Positions 31,335 through 40,884 of a stretch of DNA of 64,000 bases are shown here, one piece after another; the first letter of the stretch is position 1, and the number at the start of each line of letters is the position of its first letter. The notes beneath the pieces are model-generated. The model saw only the letters and a list, made by a program, of their open reading frames with translations. It was not told where the DNA came from and did no database searches. A program made the position numbers and the translations under genes. Source of the DNA: Sandaracinaceae bacterium (GTDB taxonomy: Bacteria > Myxococcota_A > Polyangia > Polyangiales > Sandaracinaceae); the NCBI GenBank assembly GCA_044220955.1, contig JBGAQA010000027.1, positions 1 to 64,000 of the forward strand. The letters run 5' to 3'.

Positions 31335-34300
31335 ATGAGCGACGACACCAAGGAAGACGGCCCGAAGCCCGCGGACGAGAGCGCCGCCCCCACGGAGGCG
31401 CCCGCCGCCGAGGCTCCGGCCGAGACGGCTGCCGCCGAGGCCCCCGAAGCGAGCGCGGGGGCGGCGGCGCCCGAGGCTCCCGAGAGCGCGGGCACCGCGT
31501 CCGGCGCCGAGGACCGACCCGCCAAGAAGTCGAAGAAGAAGAAGAGCGCCGAGGGCGATGCGACGGACGCCACCGCTGCGGCCACGGCCGAGCCCGCCGC
31601 ACCGGAGGCCGCCGCTCCCGCGCCCGCCGGTCCCGCGCCCGGGAAGCGGACCGACGCCCGCTGGCCGGGCTGGGTGCTGATGGTGGCGAGCCTCGCCGGG
31701 CTCTTCATGCTGATGGCCTATCACGAGCAGCTCCCGCGCGGGCCGCTCTGGGGCATCGGCCTGACGCTCCTCGCGACGCTCGGCTTCGTCGACGTCATGG
31801 GCCTCTTGCGCAGCTCGTCGCTCGACGCAGCGGATCGCGCGAGCGCGATCGACTGGCGCAAGACCTGGCTCGCGCCGATCGACGCGGAGCCGATGTTCTT
31901 CGCGCCGGCCGTGTCGATCCCGACGGCATTCGCCGTCGCGGTGATCGGCGCGCTGCAGCCGAGCTGGGACCGGCTGCCGATCTTCATGATCGCAGCGCTC
32001 GCCGTGCTCGCCCCGGCGGCGATGCGACGCCCCGCGCTGCTCGTGTTCGTCGTCGGCTCGGGGATCGTGCTCCCGTTCCTCGGCGCGTACGGGCTCTGGG
32101 ATCCCTGGGAGACGCACTACGGCGAGGTCGCGCGCGAGGTGCTCTCGCGCGACGACTGGATCAGCACCTGGTGGGCCCACGAGGAGTGGTTCTTCAGCAA
32201 GCCCGTCTTCATCTTCTGGATCGAGGCGCTCTCGATGGGCGCGCTCGGGGTGAACTTCCATCCCGACGGGATGATCGCGCCGGTCGACGGCGTGTTCCCG
32301 CACCCCGAGTGGGCGCTGCGCTTCCCGCACTACGTCCTCACGCTCGGCGCGCTCGTCGCGATCTACACGCTGATCTCCCGCGTCTACGGCAAGCGCGCCG
32401 GCGCGCTCGCGGGGATCGTCGTCGCGACGCTGCCGCACTTCTTCATGCTCTCGCACCAGGCGATCACCGACATGCCGCTCGTCAGCAACATGACGATGGC
32501 GATGAGCATGTTCGGGCTCGCCGTGGCCGAGCGCGCGGACCGGCAGGTGCGGGTCTACCGCCTCGGCCCCGTCGCGATCTCTGCGCGCACGCTGGCTCTC
32601 GGTCTGCTCTTCGCGGTCTGCGTCCCGCAGATCCTCTACCTGGCGACGCGCAACGTGACGCTCGTGACGGGCGGGTTCTCCTGGCACCACGACTCGTTCC
32701 TCTTCGGGTCCGGCGGCGGCAACGCGGGCAACCCCGGTAACCCGCCCCCGCGCACGGTCGAGCCCTACCTGCAGGGCCTGGGCGCCGAGCCGATCGCCCA
32801 GGCGCTCTACTGGTCGCTGGGCCTGTTCGCGATCGTGTGGGCGTACCGCAAGGAGAAGCGCGCGCAGGCCATCGCCATGCTCGGCTTCTACGTCTTCTGC
32901 GCGTTCGCCTTCATGGCGAAGGGCATCGAGGGCTTCGCGCTCCCCGGCATGGTGGCGCTCTTCTTCCTCGTGGCCTCGCGCCGGTGGGAGCTGCTCCTCG
33001 AGGGCCGGCTGCGCGTCGCGCTCGGCATGCTGATCGTGATGGTCGTGGGCGCGCCCTGGTACGTGGCGATGTTCATCCGCCACGGCAACGCGTTCACCGA
33101 TCGCATCCTCATCCACGACCACATCAACCGCCTCACCTCGGGCGTGCACGGCGACAACGCGAGCATCGAGTACTTCTTCGAGCAGCTCGGCTACGGCCTC
33201 TTCCCGTGGATCGCGCTCGCGCCGCTCGCCATCGCCGCGTGGATCCGCTTCGGCACGCGCAAGCGCGAGGAGGCGGGGCAGGACCGCGTCGCGGACGCGC
33301 AGCGCGACGTGATGATGATCATCGGCCTCTGGGGGACGAGCGCGTTCGTGCTCTTCTCCGCGATGACGACGAAGTTCCACCACTACATCTTCCCGGCCGT
33401 GCCCGCGGCCGGCATTCTCGTGGGCCTCGCGCTCGATCCGCTGCTCGGCAAGGACCCCGCGGAGCTCGGCAAGCGCGTCCTCGGCACGCTCGCCGCGATC
33501 GTCGCGCCCGTGCTGGTCATCCTGGGCGTCGCGGGCTGGTACGGGGATCCGCGCGGCCTGACGCCGCTGACGGAGGAGCACCCGGCCGACTGGGTGCTGG
33601 CGCACCCCTGGCCCTCCACCGTCGTCTGGGGTCTGGTGCTCGGCGGCGTCGCGCTCGCAGGGCTCGCGTGGTGGGTGCTGCGCCCGAGCGAGAAGGCGGA
33701 CTTCACGTCGCGCGAGGGCTGGCTGGCGAGCACGGCGCTGCTGATGGCGCCGCTCTTGCTCTCGATGATCGGCCGCGACCTCGCGTGGTCCACGGAGTCA
33801 CATCCCTGGGGTATGGAGCGGCTCATCCACCTCTTCGTCTACAACTACCAGCGCCCCTGGCCGCCGCACTTCGACTACCGGCCGATCCTCACCGGCTTCG
33901 CGATCGTGGCGAGCGTGACGATCGGCCTGGCGGCGATCCGCGAGCTGCGCCCGGTGATGATCCGCGCGTTCCTCGGGACCGCGCTCGCGCTCTCGGTGTG
34001 GAGCCTCGACTTCTACCTCGTCGACCTGGCGCCGCACTGGGGGCAGCGCGAGATCTTCGCGCGCTACTACGAGCTGCGCGAGGAGGGCGAGCACGTGATC
34101 GCCTGGCAGATGAACTGGAAGGGCGAGAACTTCTACACCGGCAACGCGGTGTACACGTTCGTCGACCTCGACACGCGGCCGCTCACCGAGTGGGTCTCGC
34201 ACCACCCGGGCGAGCGCGTCTTCGTGGCGCTCGAGCACTCGCGCGTCGGCAGCCTGCGCAGCACGCTGCACGGCGCCGAGGTCACGCCCATCACGACCGA

Positions 34301-34376
34301 GCTCGACGACAACAAGTTCGGCATCGTGCAGGTGCAGCTCCCGGGCACGAGGCCCGTCACGGCCGAGCCGCACTGA
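31335..34376 (+). CDS. GT-C fold glycosyltransferase (ArnT/PMT family)
   Basis: LWDPWETHYGEVARE, FFSKPVF..W, WALRFP, AITDMP and TKFHHYIFPAVP motifs; many TM helices; low-complexity N-terminus. Confidence 0.88.
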   Translation: MSDDTKEDGPKPADESAAPTEAPAAEAPAETAAAEAPEASAGAAAPEAPESAGTASGAEDRPAKKSKKKKSAEGDATDATAAATAEPAAPEAAAPAPAGPAPGKRTDARWPGWVLMVASLAGLFMLMAYHEQLPRGPLWGIGLTLLATLGFVDVMGLLRSSSLDAADRASAIDWRKTWLAPIDAEPMFFAPAVSIPTAFAVAVIGALQPSWDRLPIFMIAALAVLAPAAMRRPALLVFVVGSGIVLPFLGAYGLWDPWETHYGEVAREVLSRDDWISTWWAHEEWFFSKPVFIFWIEALSMGALGVNFHPDGMIAPVDGVFPHPEWALRFPHYVLTLGALVAIYTLISRVYGKRAGALAGIVVATLPHFFMLSHQAITDMPLVSNMTMAMSMFGLAVAERADRQVRVYRLGPVAISARTLALGLLFAVCVPQILYLATRNVTLVTGGFSWHHDSFLFGSGGGNAGNPGNPPPRTVEPYLQGLGAEPIAQALYWSLGLFAIVWAYRKEKRAQAIAMLGFYVFCAFAFMAKGIEGFALPGMVALFFLVASRRWELLLEGRLRVALGMLIVMVVGAPWYVAMFIRHGNAFTDRILIHDHINRLTSGVHGDNASIEYFFEQLGYGLFPWIALAPLAIAAWIRFGTRKREEAGQDRVADAQRDVMMIIGLWGTSAFVLFSAMTTKFHHYIFPAVPAAGILVGLALDPLLGKDPAELGKRVLGTLAAIVAPVLVILGVAGWYGDPRGLTPLTEEHPADWVLAHPWPSTVVWGLVLGGVALAGLAWWVLRPSEKADFTSREGWLASTALLMAPLLLSMIGRDLAWSTESHPWGMERLIHLFVYNYQRPWPPHFDYRPILTGFAIVASVTIGLAAIRELRPVMIRAFLGTALALSVWSLDFYLVDLAPHWGQREIFARYYELREEGEHVIAWQMNWKGENFYTGNAVYTFVDLDTRPLTEWVSHHPGERVFVALEHSRVGSLRSTLHGAEVTPITTELDDNKFGIVQVQLPGTRPVTAEPH

Positions 34377-34915
34377 TGCGCCGGCGGCAGGTCCTCGGCG
34401 CCGCGCTCGGGGCCCTGGTGCTCCCGCGCGTCGCGTGGGCCCAGGACGCCGCGGTGCCCGAGCACAACCGGGCCTCGCTCACGGCGCCGCCCCCGCGCCC
34501 GCCCCTCGGAGCGGCGGCCGAGCGCGCGCGCCGTCTGTTCGAGGCGATCGCGAGCGACGACCCGGCGCGCGCCGACGACTTCTTCCTCTCGCGCGAGGCG
34601 TTCCGTCTCATCAAGGCGGTCCCCAGCCCCGATCCGCTCTGGGAGCGGCTCCACGCCGCCTACGTGCGCGACATCCACGCCCTGCACGCGACGACGCCGG
34701 ATCTGGCGGGGGCCGCGTTCGAGCGGCTGCGCTTCACCGGCCGTCGCGGGTGGGTGGTCGTCGGTGAGGAAGCCAATCGCCTGCCGTACTGGGCGCAGCG
34801 GCACTCGTCGATCGACTACGGCGTCGGGGGGCAGGTCCGACACATCGAGGTGCGGACGATGATCACGTGGGACGACCAGTGGTACGTGACGCACCTGTCG
34901 GAGTTCCGGCACTGA
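34376..34915 (+). CDS. Tat-exported hypothetical protein
   Basis: MRRRQVLGAALGALVLPRVAWA-Q twin-arginine signal; TGATG coupling to the glycosyltransferase. Confidence 0.72.
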   Translation: MRRRQVLGAALGALVLPRVAWAQDAAVPEHNRASLTAPPPRPPLGAAAERARRLFEAIASDDPARADDFFLSREAFRLIKAVPSPDPLWERLHAAYVRDIHALHATTPDLAGAAFERLRFTGRRGWVVVGEEANRLPYWAQRHSSIDYGVGGQVRHIEVRTMITWDDQWYVTHLSEFRH

Positions 34916-34963
34916 AGGCGCCCACTTTCGTTCCACGGGATGCCCGGAGCGGGCGTGGCGTCT

Positions 34964-36493
34964 TCAGTGCGCTTCCGGCATCAGGGACGCGCGGTGTACG
35001 CCCTCGAGCTCCAGCGTGATCCCTCGCCGCACCGCCAGCGCTTCGAAGTCCCGCAGCGTCTCGCGCACGTCCTCCGATACGAAGTCGGCGCGGCCCTTGG
35101 CGACCACGATGCGCTTGGTGCCTTCGGGCGCGCCGTTCAGCGCGTCGAGCAGCTGCGCCTTGTGGAAGAAGTACGCGTCCTTGCTGAACGAGATCCGCCG
35201 GATCTCCCCGCGGTCCTCGATCGTCAGGAAGTTCCGCATCGACTCGCGCAGCGTGAGGACGACGCCCACCGCGAGGCCGACGACGATGCCGATCAGGAGA
35301 TCGGTGAACAAGATCGAGACGATGGTCACGAAGTAGGGCGCGAAGACGCGCGGGCCGCGTCGCCACATCGCGATGAAGGCCCGCGGATCGGCGAGGTCGA
35401 GGCCGGTGACGACGAGGATCGTCGCGAGCGCTGCCAGCGGGACGTGGCGCAGCGTGGACGCGAGGAAGAGCACCGAGACGAGGATGAGCACGCCGTGCGT
35501 GAACGCCGCAGCGCGCGTCCGCGCGCCTGCGCTCACGTTCGCGCTGCTGCGGACGATGACGCTCGTCACGGGCAGTCCGCCGAGCGCGCCCGAGATGAGG
35601 TTGGCGGCGCCCTGGGCGAGCAGCTCGCGATCCGGATCCGAGTGGCGCTTCTCCGGGTCGAGCTTGTCGACCGCGCCGAGCGAGAGCAGCGACTCCAGTG
35701 TCGCGACGATCCCGACGACGAGCCCCATGCGCCACGTGCTGAAGTCCGAGAAGGGCGCGAGGCTCACGGGCACGAGCGCTCCGGCGGCGTCGAGCGGTAC
35801 GTCCACGAAGTGTCGCTCGTCGAGCGAGAGCTCCGGAGCCCAGAGCTCGTAGCTCCACGCGATCGCCGTTCCGATGAGCACGACGACGAGCGGAGCGGGC
35901 AGCCACGCGACCTTCTTCCACGCCGTCCGGCGGTGCACGAAGAGGATCACCAGCGCGATCGCGCTCACGGTCACGGCGGTGGGCTCGATCGCGCCGAGCG
36001 CGTGCGCGAGCAGAGAGAAGGTGTTGCCCTCGCCCTCCACGAAGAACTCGTCGCTGTCGAAGGCCTCGTGGTCGTAGCCGACCGCGTGCGGGAACTGCTT
36101 GAGCACGAGCATGACGCCGATCGCGGTCAGCATGCCGCGGATCACCGTCGAGGGGACGAACGCGGTCACGACGCCGGCCCGGAGCGCGCCCAGCCCGAGC
36201 TGGAGCAGGCCCGCGACCATCGTGGCCGCGCAGACGGCGCCGAACCCGTGCTGGCTCACGCCCGCCGCCACGATCGCCGCCAGGCCCGCAGCAGGTCCGC
36301 TCACGGAGAGCGCCGAGCGGCTGATGAGCGGGACGACGAGCCCTCCGACGCAGCCGGCCACCAGGCCTGCGACGAGCGGCGCGCCCGAGGCGAGCGCGAC
36401 GCCGAGACAGAGGGGGAGGGCGACCAGAAACACCACGAGCCCGGCGGGAAGATCCCGCCCCAGCGTCGTGGTCCAAGCTTGCGTCTTGCTCAC
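34964..36493 (-). CDS. SulP/SLC26 inorganic anion transporter
   Basis: DLPAGLVVFLVALPLCLGVALASG, SVSGPAAGL and ELLAQG..N..GGLPVTSVIVRSSAN motifs; GTGA overlap with the upstream gene. Confidence 0.93.
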   Translation of the reverse strand: MSKTQAWTTTLGRDLPAGLVVFLVALPLCLGVALASGAPLVAGLVAGCVGGLVVPLISRSALSVSGPAAGLAAIVAAGVSQHGFGAVCAATMVAGLLQLGLGALRAGVVTAFVPSTVIRGMLTAIGVMLVLKQFPHAVGYDHEAFDSDEFFVEGEGNTFSLLAHALGAIEPTAVTVSAIALVILFVHRRTAWKKVAWLPAPLVVVLIGTAIAWSYELWAPELSLDERHFVDVPLDAAGALVPVSLAPFSDFSTWRMGLVVGIVATLESLLSLGAVDKLDPEKRHSDPDRELLAQGAANLISGALGGLPVTSVIVRSSANVSAGARTRAAAFTHGVLILVSVLFLASTLRHVPLAALATILVVTGLDLADPRAFIAMWRRGPRVFAPYFVTIVSILFTDLLIGIVVGLAVGVVLTLRESMRNFLTIEDRGEIRRISFSKDAYFFHKAQLLDALNGAPEGTKRIVVAKGRADFVSEDVRETLRDFEALAVRRGITLELEGVHRASLMPEAH

Positions 36494-38820
36494 GTCACTC
36501 CCTCCTCGACCTCGAGCGGAGGCGGCGCGCCGCTCAGCCGCACGCTGCGCTCGATCGGCTCCCCGAGCGGCAGGTACTTCTCGTGCTCGTCGCTCCACTC
36601 GAGCACCTCGGCCCGCTCGACGTCGTAGAACCAGGCGGCGAGCGTCAGCCCTCCGGCACCGAGCGCGCGCTGCACCACGGGGTAGGTGCGCAGGTGATCG
36701 ATCTGCTTGAGGCAGCTGGCGCGCGCGAGGTCGTCGACCGAGGGATGCGCCTTCGGGTCCGACGCCAGCGCGACGGCGCCCTCGGCCCAGTGCCGGAGCG
36801 CGCCGAGGTTCTCGGGGAGGTGCCCCTTCTTGAGAGCGCCCATCGCCCCGCACTTGGCGTGTCCGCAGACGACGACGTTGCGAACGCCGAGCACTTCGAT
36901 AGCGTACTCGAGCGCCGCGCCCTCGTCGTTCAGGGTGTCGCTGCCGTACGGGGGCAAGAGCGCACCGATGTTCCGGACGACGAAGAGCTCGCCCGGCTGG
37001 GTTCCCGTGAGGAGCGACGGCACGACGCGGCTGTCCGCGCACGTGAGCATCAGCGTGTGGGGCGCCTGCCCTTCGGCCAGCTCCGTCAAGAGGGGCGAGA
37101 GCTGGTCGCGGTGATCGCGCCGGAAGCGGCGCACGCCGCGCGCGAGCTCGGCGCGTCCGCGCGGCGCGCTCGTCACTTCGAGCAGCTTACCGAGGTCGGC
37201 CTCCCGCGCGATCATCAGCCCGGCGAGCGCGGGCCGGCCGACGCGGATCTCGCTGGCGATGTCGGCCTGCGCGCCGAGCAGCGCGACCTTGGCGCCGCGC
37301 TGGTGGAGCGACTCGACGAGCGCACCGAGCGCGTCGAGCGCGCTGCCGTCGACGCCCTCGACCTCGCGCAGGTCGATCACGAACCCTGGCGCCGCCGGCA
37401 AGCGCGCGAGCTGGCGCGCGAGGGCGTCGATCCGGGCGTTGGCGAGGAACGTGAGCGAGCCCGTGAGCGCCGCGTGGTGGGGGCGACCGACGGCTCCTTC
37501 CTCCACGTCGGCGCGCGCGCGCGTGACCCGCACCAGCGCGACGGCGAGGGCGATCACGACGCCGGTCTGCACGCCCGGGCCCACGTCGAGGGCGACCATG
37601 GACAGCGCGGTGGTCGCGAACACCAGGCGGTCGCTGCGTGGCGCGCGCGCGATGTCACCCCAGCTCTCGCCCGCGAGCATCCGGCCGGCCAGGCCCAAAA
37701 GGACGCCCGCGAGCGCCGGCATCGGCAGCTGTCGAAGCCAGGGCGCGGCGGCCCAGCTCACGCCCGCGATCACCACCGCGGTCAAGAGGCCCGCGCGCCG
37801 CGTGCGAGCGCCGTTGCTCCAAGCGAGGCGCGAGCGCTCGGTGGCGGCGGTCACCGGGACGCCGAACGCGGCCGCGATCGCGACGTTGGCCACGCCGTGG
37901 GCCACGAGCTCCTGATCCGGATCATGGGGGGGCTCGCCCGGCCGCTCGCGGTCGCGCGCGGACGCCCGCGTGAGCGCCTCGATCGACGCGATCGCGAAGA
38001 TCGCGAGCGAGTCGAGCACCAGGTCGGACGCGTCGGTCGGCCACGCTCGCGCGGGCCAGCTCGCGAAGGGCGGCAGCGCGTCGCGGGTGAGCGGCACCTC
38101 GGTCGTGCCGACGCCCAGCCACGCGATCGCGGCTGCGGGCACGGCGACGCCGACGAGCGCCCAGGGAACGCGCGGCAGGTACGAGGGGCCCAAGCCCATC
38201 GCCAGCGCTCCGAACGCCGCGCAGGCCATCGCCGGGCCGTGCGCGCGCGACGCGTAGCGCGCGAAGTGTACCAGCACGTCCAGCACGTGGGACTCGTCGG
38301 TGGGCGGCAGCCCGAAGGCGCTCGGCAGCTGGCCGACGACGAGGGTGAGCGCGATGCCGGCCGCGAACCCCTGCACGACGGTGGGCGGCACCGCGCGGGT
38401 GAGGCGGGACGCGCCGAGCATGCCGACCGCGATCTGCGCCATCCCGGCGACGCCGCCGACGAGCGGCAGCACGGCGACCCCGTGCCGGTCGACGATCTGA
38501 CCGACGAGCACGGCCATGATCGCGGCGGGGCCCGTCACCTCGACGCGGGTGCTCCCGATCGCCGCGGTGACCAGTGCGGCGATCACCGCGCTCGTGAGCC
38601 CGAGCCCCGAGGGCACGTCGGTGGCCACCGCGATCGCCATCGAGAGCGGGATCGACGCGAGCCCGACCACGAGGCCGGCGCGGACGTCGCCGACCAGGTT
38701 GTCGCGCGTGAACGCGGCCTTCCACTCGGCGCGAAGCCGGCTGCGCGTGCGGTCGAGCCGCGAGCCGATGTGGGAGACTCCCGGAGGCAGGGACAGCGTC
38801 GAAGGTCGAGCGGAAGGCAT
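36490..38820 (-). CDS. SulP-STAS-beta carbonic anhydrase fusion
   Basis: N-terminal SulP motifs; STAS (IDLREVEGVDGS); beta-CA zinc ligands TCADSRV and GHAKCGAM; GELFVVRNIG. Confidence 0.92.
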   Translation of the reverse strand: MPSARPSTLSLPPGVSHIGSRLDRTRSRLRAEWKAAFTRDNLVGDVRAGLVVGLASIPLSMAIAVATDVPSGLGLTSAVIAALVTAAIGSTRVEVTGPAAIMAVLVGQIVDRHGVAVLPLVGGVAGMAQIAVGMLGASRLTRAVPPTVVQGFAAGIALTLVVGQLPSAFGLPPTDESHVLDVLVHFARYASRAHGPAMACAAFGALAMGLGPSYLPRVPWALVGVAVPAAAIAWLGVGTTEVPLTRDALPPFASWPARAWPTDASDLVLDSLAIFAIASIEALTRASARDRERPGEPPHDPDQELVAHGVANVAIAAAFGVPVTAATERSRLAWSNGARTRRAGLLTAVVIAGVSWAAAPWLRQLPMPALAGVLLGLAGRMLAGESWGDIARAPRSDRLVFATTALSMVALDVGPGVQTGVVIALAVALVRVTRARADVEEGAVGRPHHAALTGSLTFLANARIDALARQLARLPAAPGFVIDLREVEGVDGSALDALGALVESLHQRGAKVALLGAQADIASEIRVGRPALAGLMIAREADLGKLLEVTSAPRGRAELARGVRRFRRDHRDQLSPLLTELAEGQAPHTLMLTCADSRVVPSLLTGTQPGELFVVRNIGALLPPYGSDTLNDEGAALEYAIEVLGVRNVVVCGHAKCGAMGALKKGHLPENLGALRHWAEGAVALASDPKAHPSVDDLARASCLKQIDHLRTYPVVQRALGAGGLTLAAWFYDVERAEVLEWSDEHEKYLPLGEPIERSVRLSGAPPPLEVEEGVT

Positions 38821-38891
38821 CAGGCACCGATCCGGACGGAGGTCGCGTGGTGGCGCCCGGGCAAGAGCTCCCGGTGGCGCCGCGTGTCGAC

Positions 38892-39239
38892 TCAGTCCGC
38901 GATCGGGGGGCGCAGCGTGTCTTCGAAGTGAGGTGCGCGCGGGCAGCGCGCATCGTGCATGGGCCAGGGGCGCGCGTCGGTTCCGGGCAGGAATGCTCGC
39001 CCGCCGACGGCCACCACGGCGACCAGCTCGTCGAGGTCGTCGAGGCGCTCGTCGAGGTCGTCGTCTTCTTCGGGGGCCGGCTGCGCATCGCCGGGCGTCG
39101 CGGCGTCGTGGGCCCCGCCCCCGTCCCCGTCCCGGGCGATCTGCGGGCGATCGTCTCCCGTGGCGCTGGCCATCGCCGCCGGCAGCGACGCGGCGGCGGC
39201 TGCGACCGCCAGGGATGCCAGTACTGCCACCAGGCGCAT
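38892..39239 (-). CDS. Small uORF with signal-like N-terminus, acidic spacer and Pro/Arg C-terminus (candidate leader/arrest peptide)
   Basis: GGAG SD; MRLVAVLASLAVAAAAA..; EEDDDLDERLDDLDE; ends CPRAPHFEDTLRPPIAD. Confidence 0.5.
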   Translation of the reverse strand: MRLVAVLASLAVAAAAASLPAAMASATGDDRPQIARDGDGGGAHDAATPGDAQPAPEEDDDLDERLDDLDELVAVVAVGGRAFLPGTDARPWPMHDARCPRAPHFEDTLRPPIAD

Positions 39240-39274
39240 CGGGGCTCCACAGATAGGGGGCCGCGTCGATCGCG

Positions 39275-39739
39275 TCAAGAGGGGCCGCGCGCGAACTCCC
39301 CTATCGTGAGCCCCGCCGCGCTGCTGGCGCGGCAGCTCCGCGAGACGCCGGCGACGTAGCGCCAGCCGGTCCCGTCGTGCGCGAAGCTGGACAGCTCCGC
39401 GAAGCTGGCGTCCCTGCCGTCGCGGCGCATGGTCACGTGGAACAGGACCCGCGCGATTCCGTCGGCGTCCGGCCCGTCCCGGTCGATCACGACGAGCGTG
39501 TCGTACCGGTTGCGTCGCGCGCCGCGCGCGAGCTCGGCACGGAGCGCGCGCTCCCCGGCCGCGTGGTCGTCGTGATCCGGGTGGAGCGTCCGGAACAGGT
39601 ACGCGTGCTCGCCGCGCACGAACGCCGAGAAGCGCGACCGCATCAGCGCCTCCGCATCGGGGGGCTCGTCACCGGCGTGAAAGGGCTCGCAGCACGCCAG
39701 GTAGGGCCGTCCCGATCCGCAGGGGCATGCGTCGCTCAT
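39275..39739 (-). CDS. ychJ: YchJ family (SEC-C motif) protein
   Basis: CPCGSG..Y..CC, AEALMRSRFSAF and ELSSF....WRYVAG motifs. Confidence 0.9.
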   Translation of the reverse strand: MSDACPCGSGRPYLACCEPFHAGDEPPDAEALMRSRFSAFVRGEHAYLFRTLHPDHDDHAAGERALRAELARGARRNRYDTLVVIDRDGPDADGIARVLFHVTMRRDGRDASFAELSSFAHDGTGWRYVAGVSRSCRASSAAGLTIGEFARGPS

Positions 39740-39787
39740 CGGCCACCAGCATGGCACCGCCGCGCCCGCGGGGTAGGCTCGCGCTCC

Positions 39788-40318
39788 GTGGACGAGCGCC
39801 GCACACGCGCGATCCTGGCCGCGGCCGCGGTCGCGTTCGGGCTCTCGTCGTCGGCCGCGGCGATCGTGCCCGGCGCGGCCTGGCGGCAGGGATCGACGGC
39901 GCTCGCGGCCGCGCCGGAGCTGGGCGCGGGGCGGGTGCTCGACGGCGAGACGGGGCTCACGGTGACGCGGCTCGAGGGCGGGGCCGTGGACGTGACCACC
40001 GGCGACGGTGGCGGTGCGGGCACCGTCCTGGGCCTTGACGCGGGCCGGCTCCGCGCTCGGGCGGTCACCGCGGGCGTGTTCGAGATCGGGACCGAGCCCG
40101 GCCGGCCCTCGGTGCTCGTGGACCGCAGCGGCGTGCGGCTCGAGGACGGGATGCTCGACCGACTCCGCGCTCGGATGCTCCCGGAGCCGGCGCTGCTCGC
40201 CCTCGGGGCGCTGGTGCTGCTCGTCCTGCGGTCACGCGCGCGCCGTCCGGTCCCGGCCTGGCTCGCGCCGGCCCTGCTCGCGCTCGCAGCGTTCGTGCTC
40301 GCCCGCCGGACGGGCTGA
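39788..40318 (+). CDS. Small exported protein with C-terminal membrane anchor(s)
   Basis: Signal peptide ..ILAAAAVAFGLSSSAAA; tail LPEPALLALGALVLLVLRSRARR followed by a second hydrophobic helix; TAGGCT 8 nt upstream. Confidence 0.62.
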   Translation: MDERRTRAILAAAAVAFGLSSSAAAIVPGAAWRQGSTALAAAPELGAGRVLDGETGLTVTRLEGGAVDVTTGDGGGAGTVLGLDAGRLRARAVTAGVFEIGTEPGRPSVLVDRSGVRLEDGMLDRLRARMLPEPALLALGALVLLVLRSRARRPVPAWLAPALLALAAFVLARRTG

Positions 40319-40353
40319 GCACTGCGCGTCGGCGCGCGAATGCTCCGTGGATC

Positions 40354-40833
40354 TCAGCGGCGTCGCAGGATCTCGTACGCGGCCTTCGCGTCGAGAATTC
40401 GCGCCTGCACCGCGCCCACCACGATGGTCATCCCCGGCCGCACCGGCTCGGCCCGCTGGGGCGTCAGCGGCGCCGCCCCGATCTTGGTGTCGTTGTGGGA
40501 CCCGACGTCCGTCAACGTGAGCCCCCCGGGCTCGTTCCTGAAATGCGCGTGCAGCTTCGAGACCGACGAGTGACGGATGCACACGTCGCTGTTGCGGGCC
40601 CGCCCGACCGAGATGCGGTCGGGAAACGGGCTCTGGGCCCGCTTGGCGATCGGCGCGACGACGACGTGCTTGCGCGTCCGCGGCACGTCCCCGAGCTCCG
40701 TCATGAAGTGCAGATCCTCGTCCTCCTCGGGCGCGTCGAACGAGAGGAACGCATGCGGGTGGCGAGCTACGAACTCGGCCTCGGTGCAGCGGGCGGCCTC
40801 CCGCTCGAGCGATTCACCGTCCTGCGCGGTCAC
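40354..40833 (-). CDS. FHA domain protein
   Basis: ISVGRARNSDV...SVSKLHA and DVGSHNDT motifs. Confidence 0.88.
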   Translation of the reverse strand: MTAQDGESLEREAARCTEAEFVARHPHAFLSFDAPEEDEDLHFMTELGDVPRTRKHVVVAPIAKRAQSPFPDRISVGRARNSDVCIRHSSVSKLHAHFRNEPGGLTLTDVGSHNDTKIGAAPLTPQRAEPVRPGMTIVVGAVQARILDAKAAYEILRRR

Positions 40834-40839
40834 TCACTT

Positions 40840-40869
40840 GCCGTACCGAGGGCGGGCAGGGGGTGTCAA
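40840..40869 (-). promoter_or_regulatory. Putative sigma70 promoter of the FHA gene (probably leaderless)
   Basis: TTGACA(40869-40864)-N18-TACGGC; GTG start 6 nt downstream. Confidence 0.5.
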
Positions 40870-40884
40870 GCGCCTCGCGGAGGA

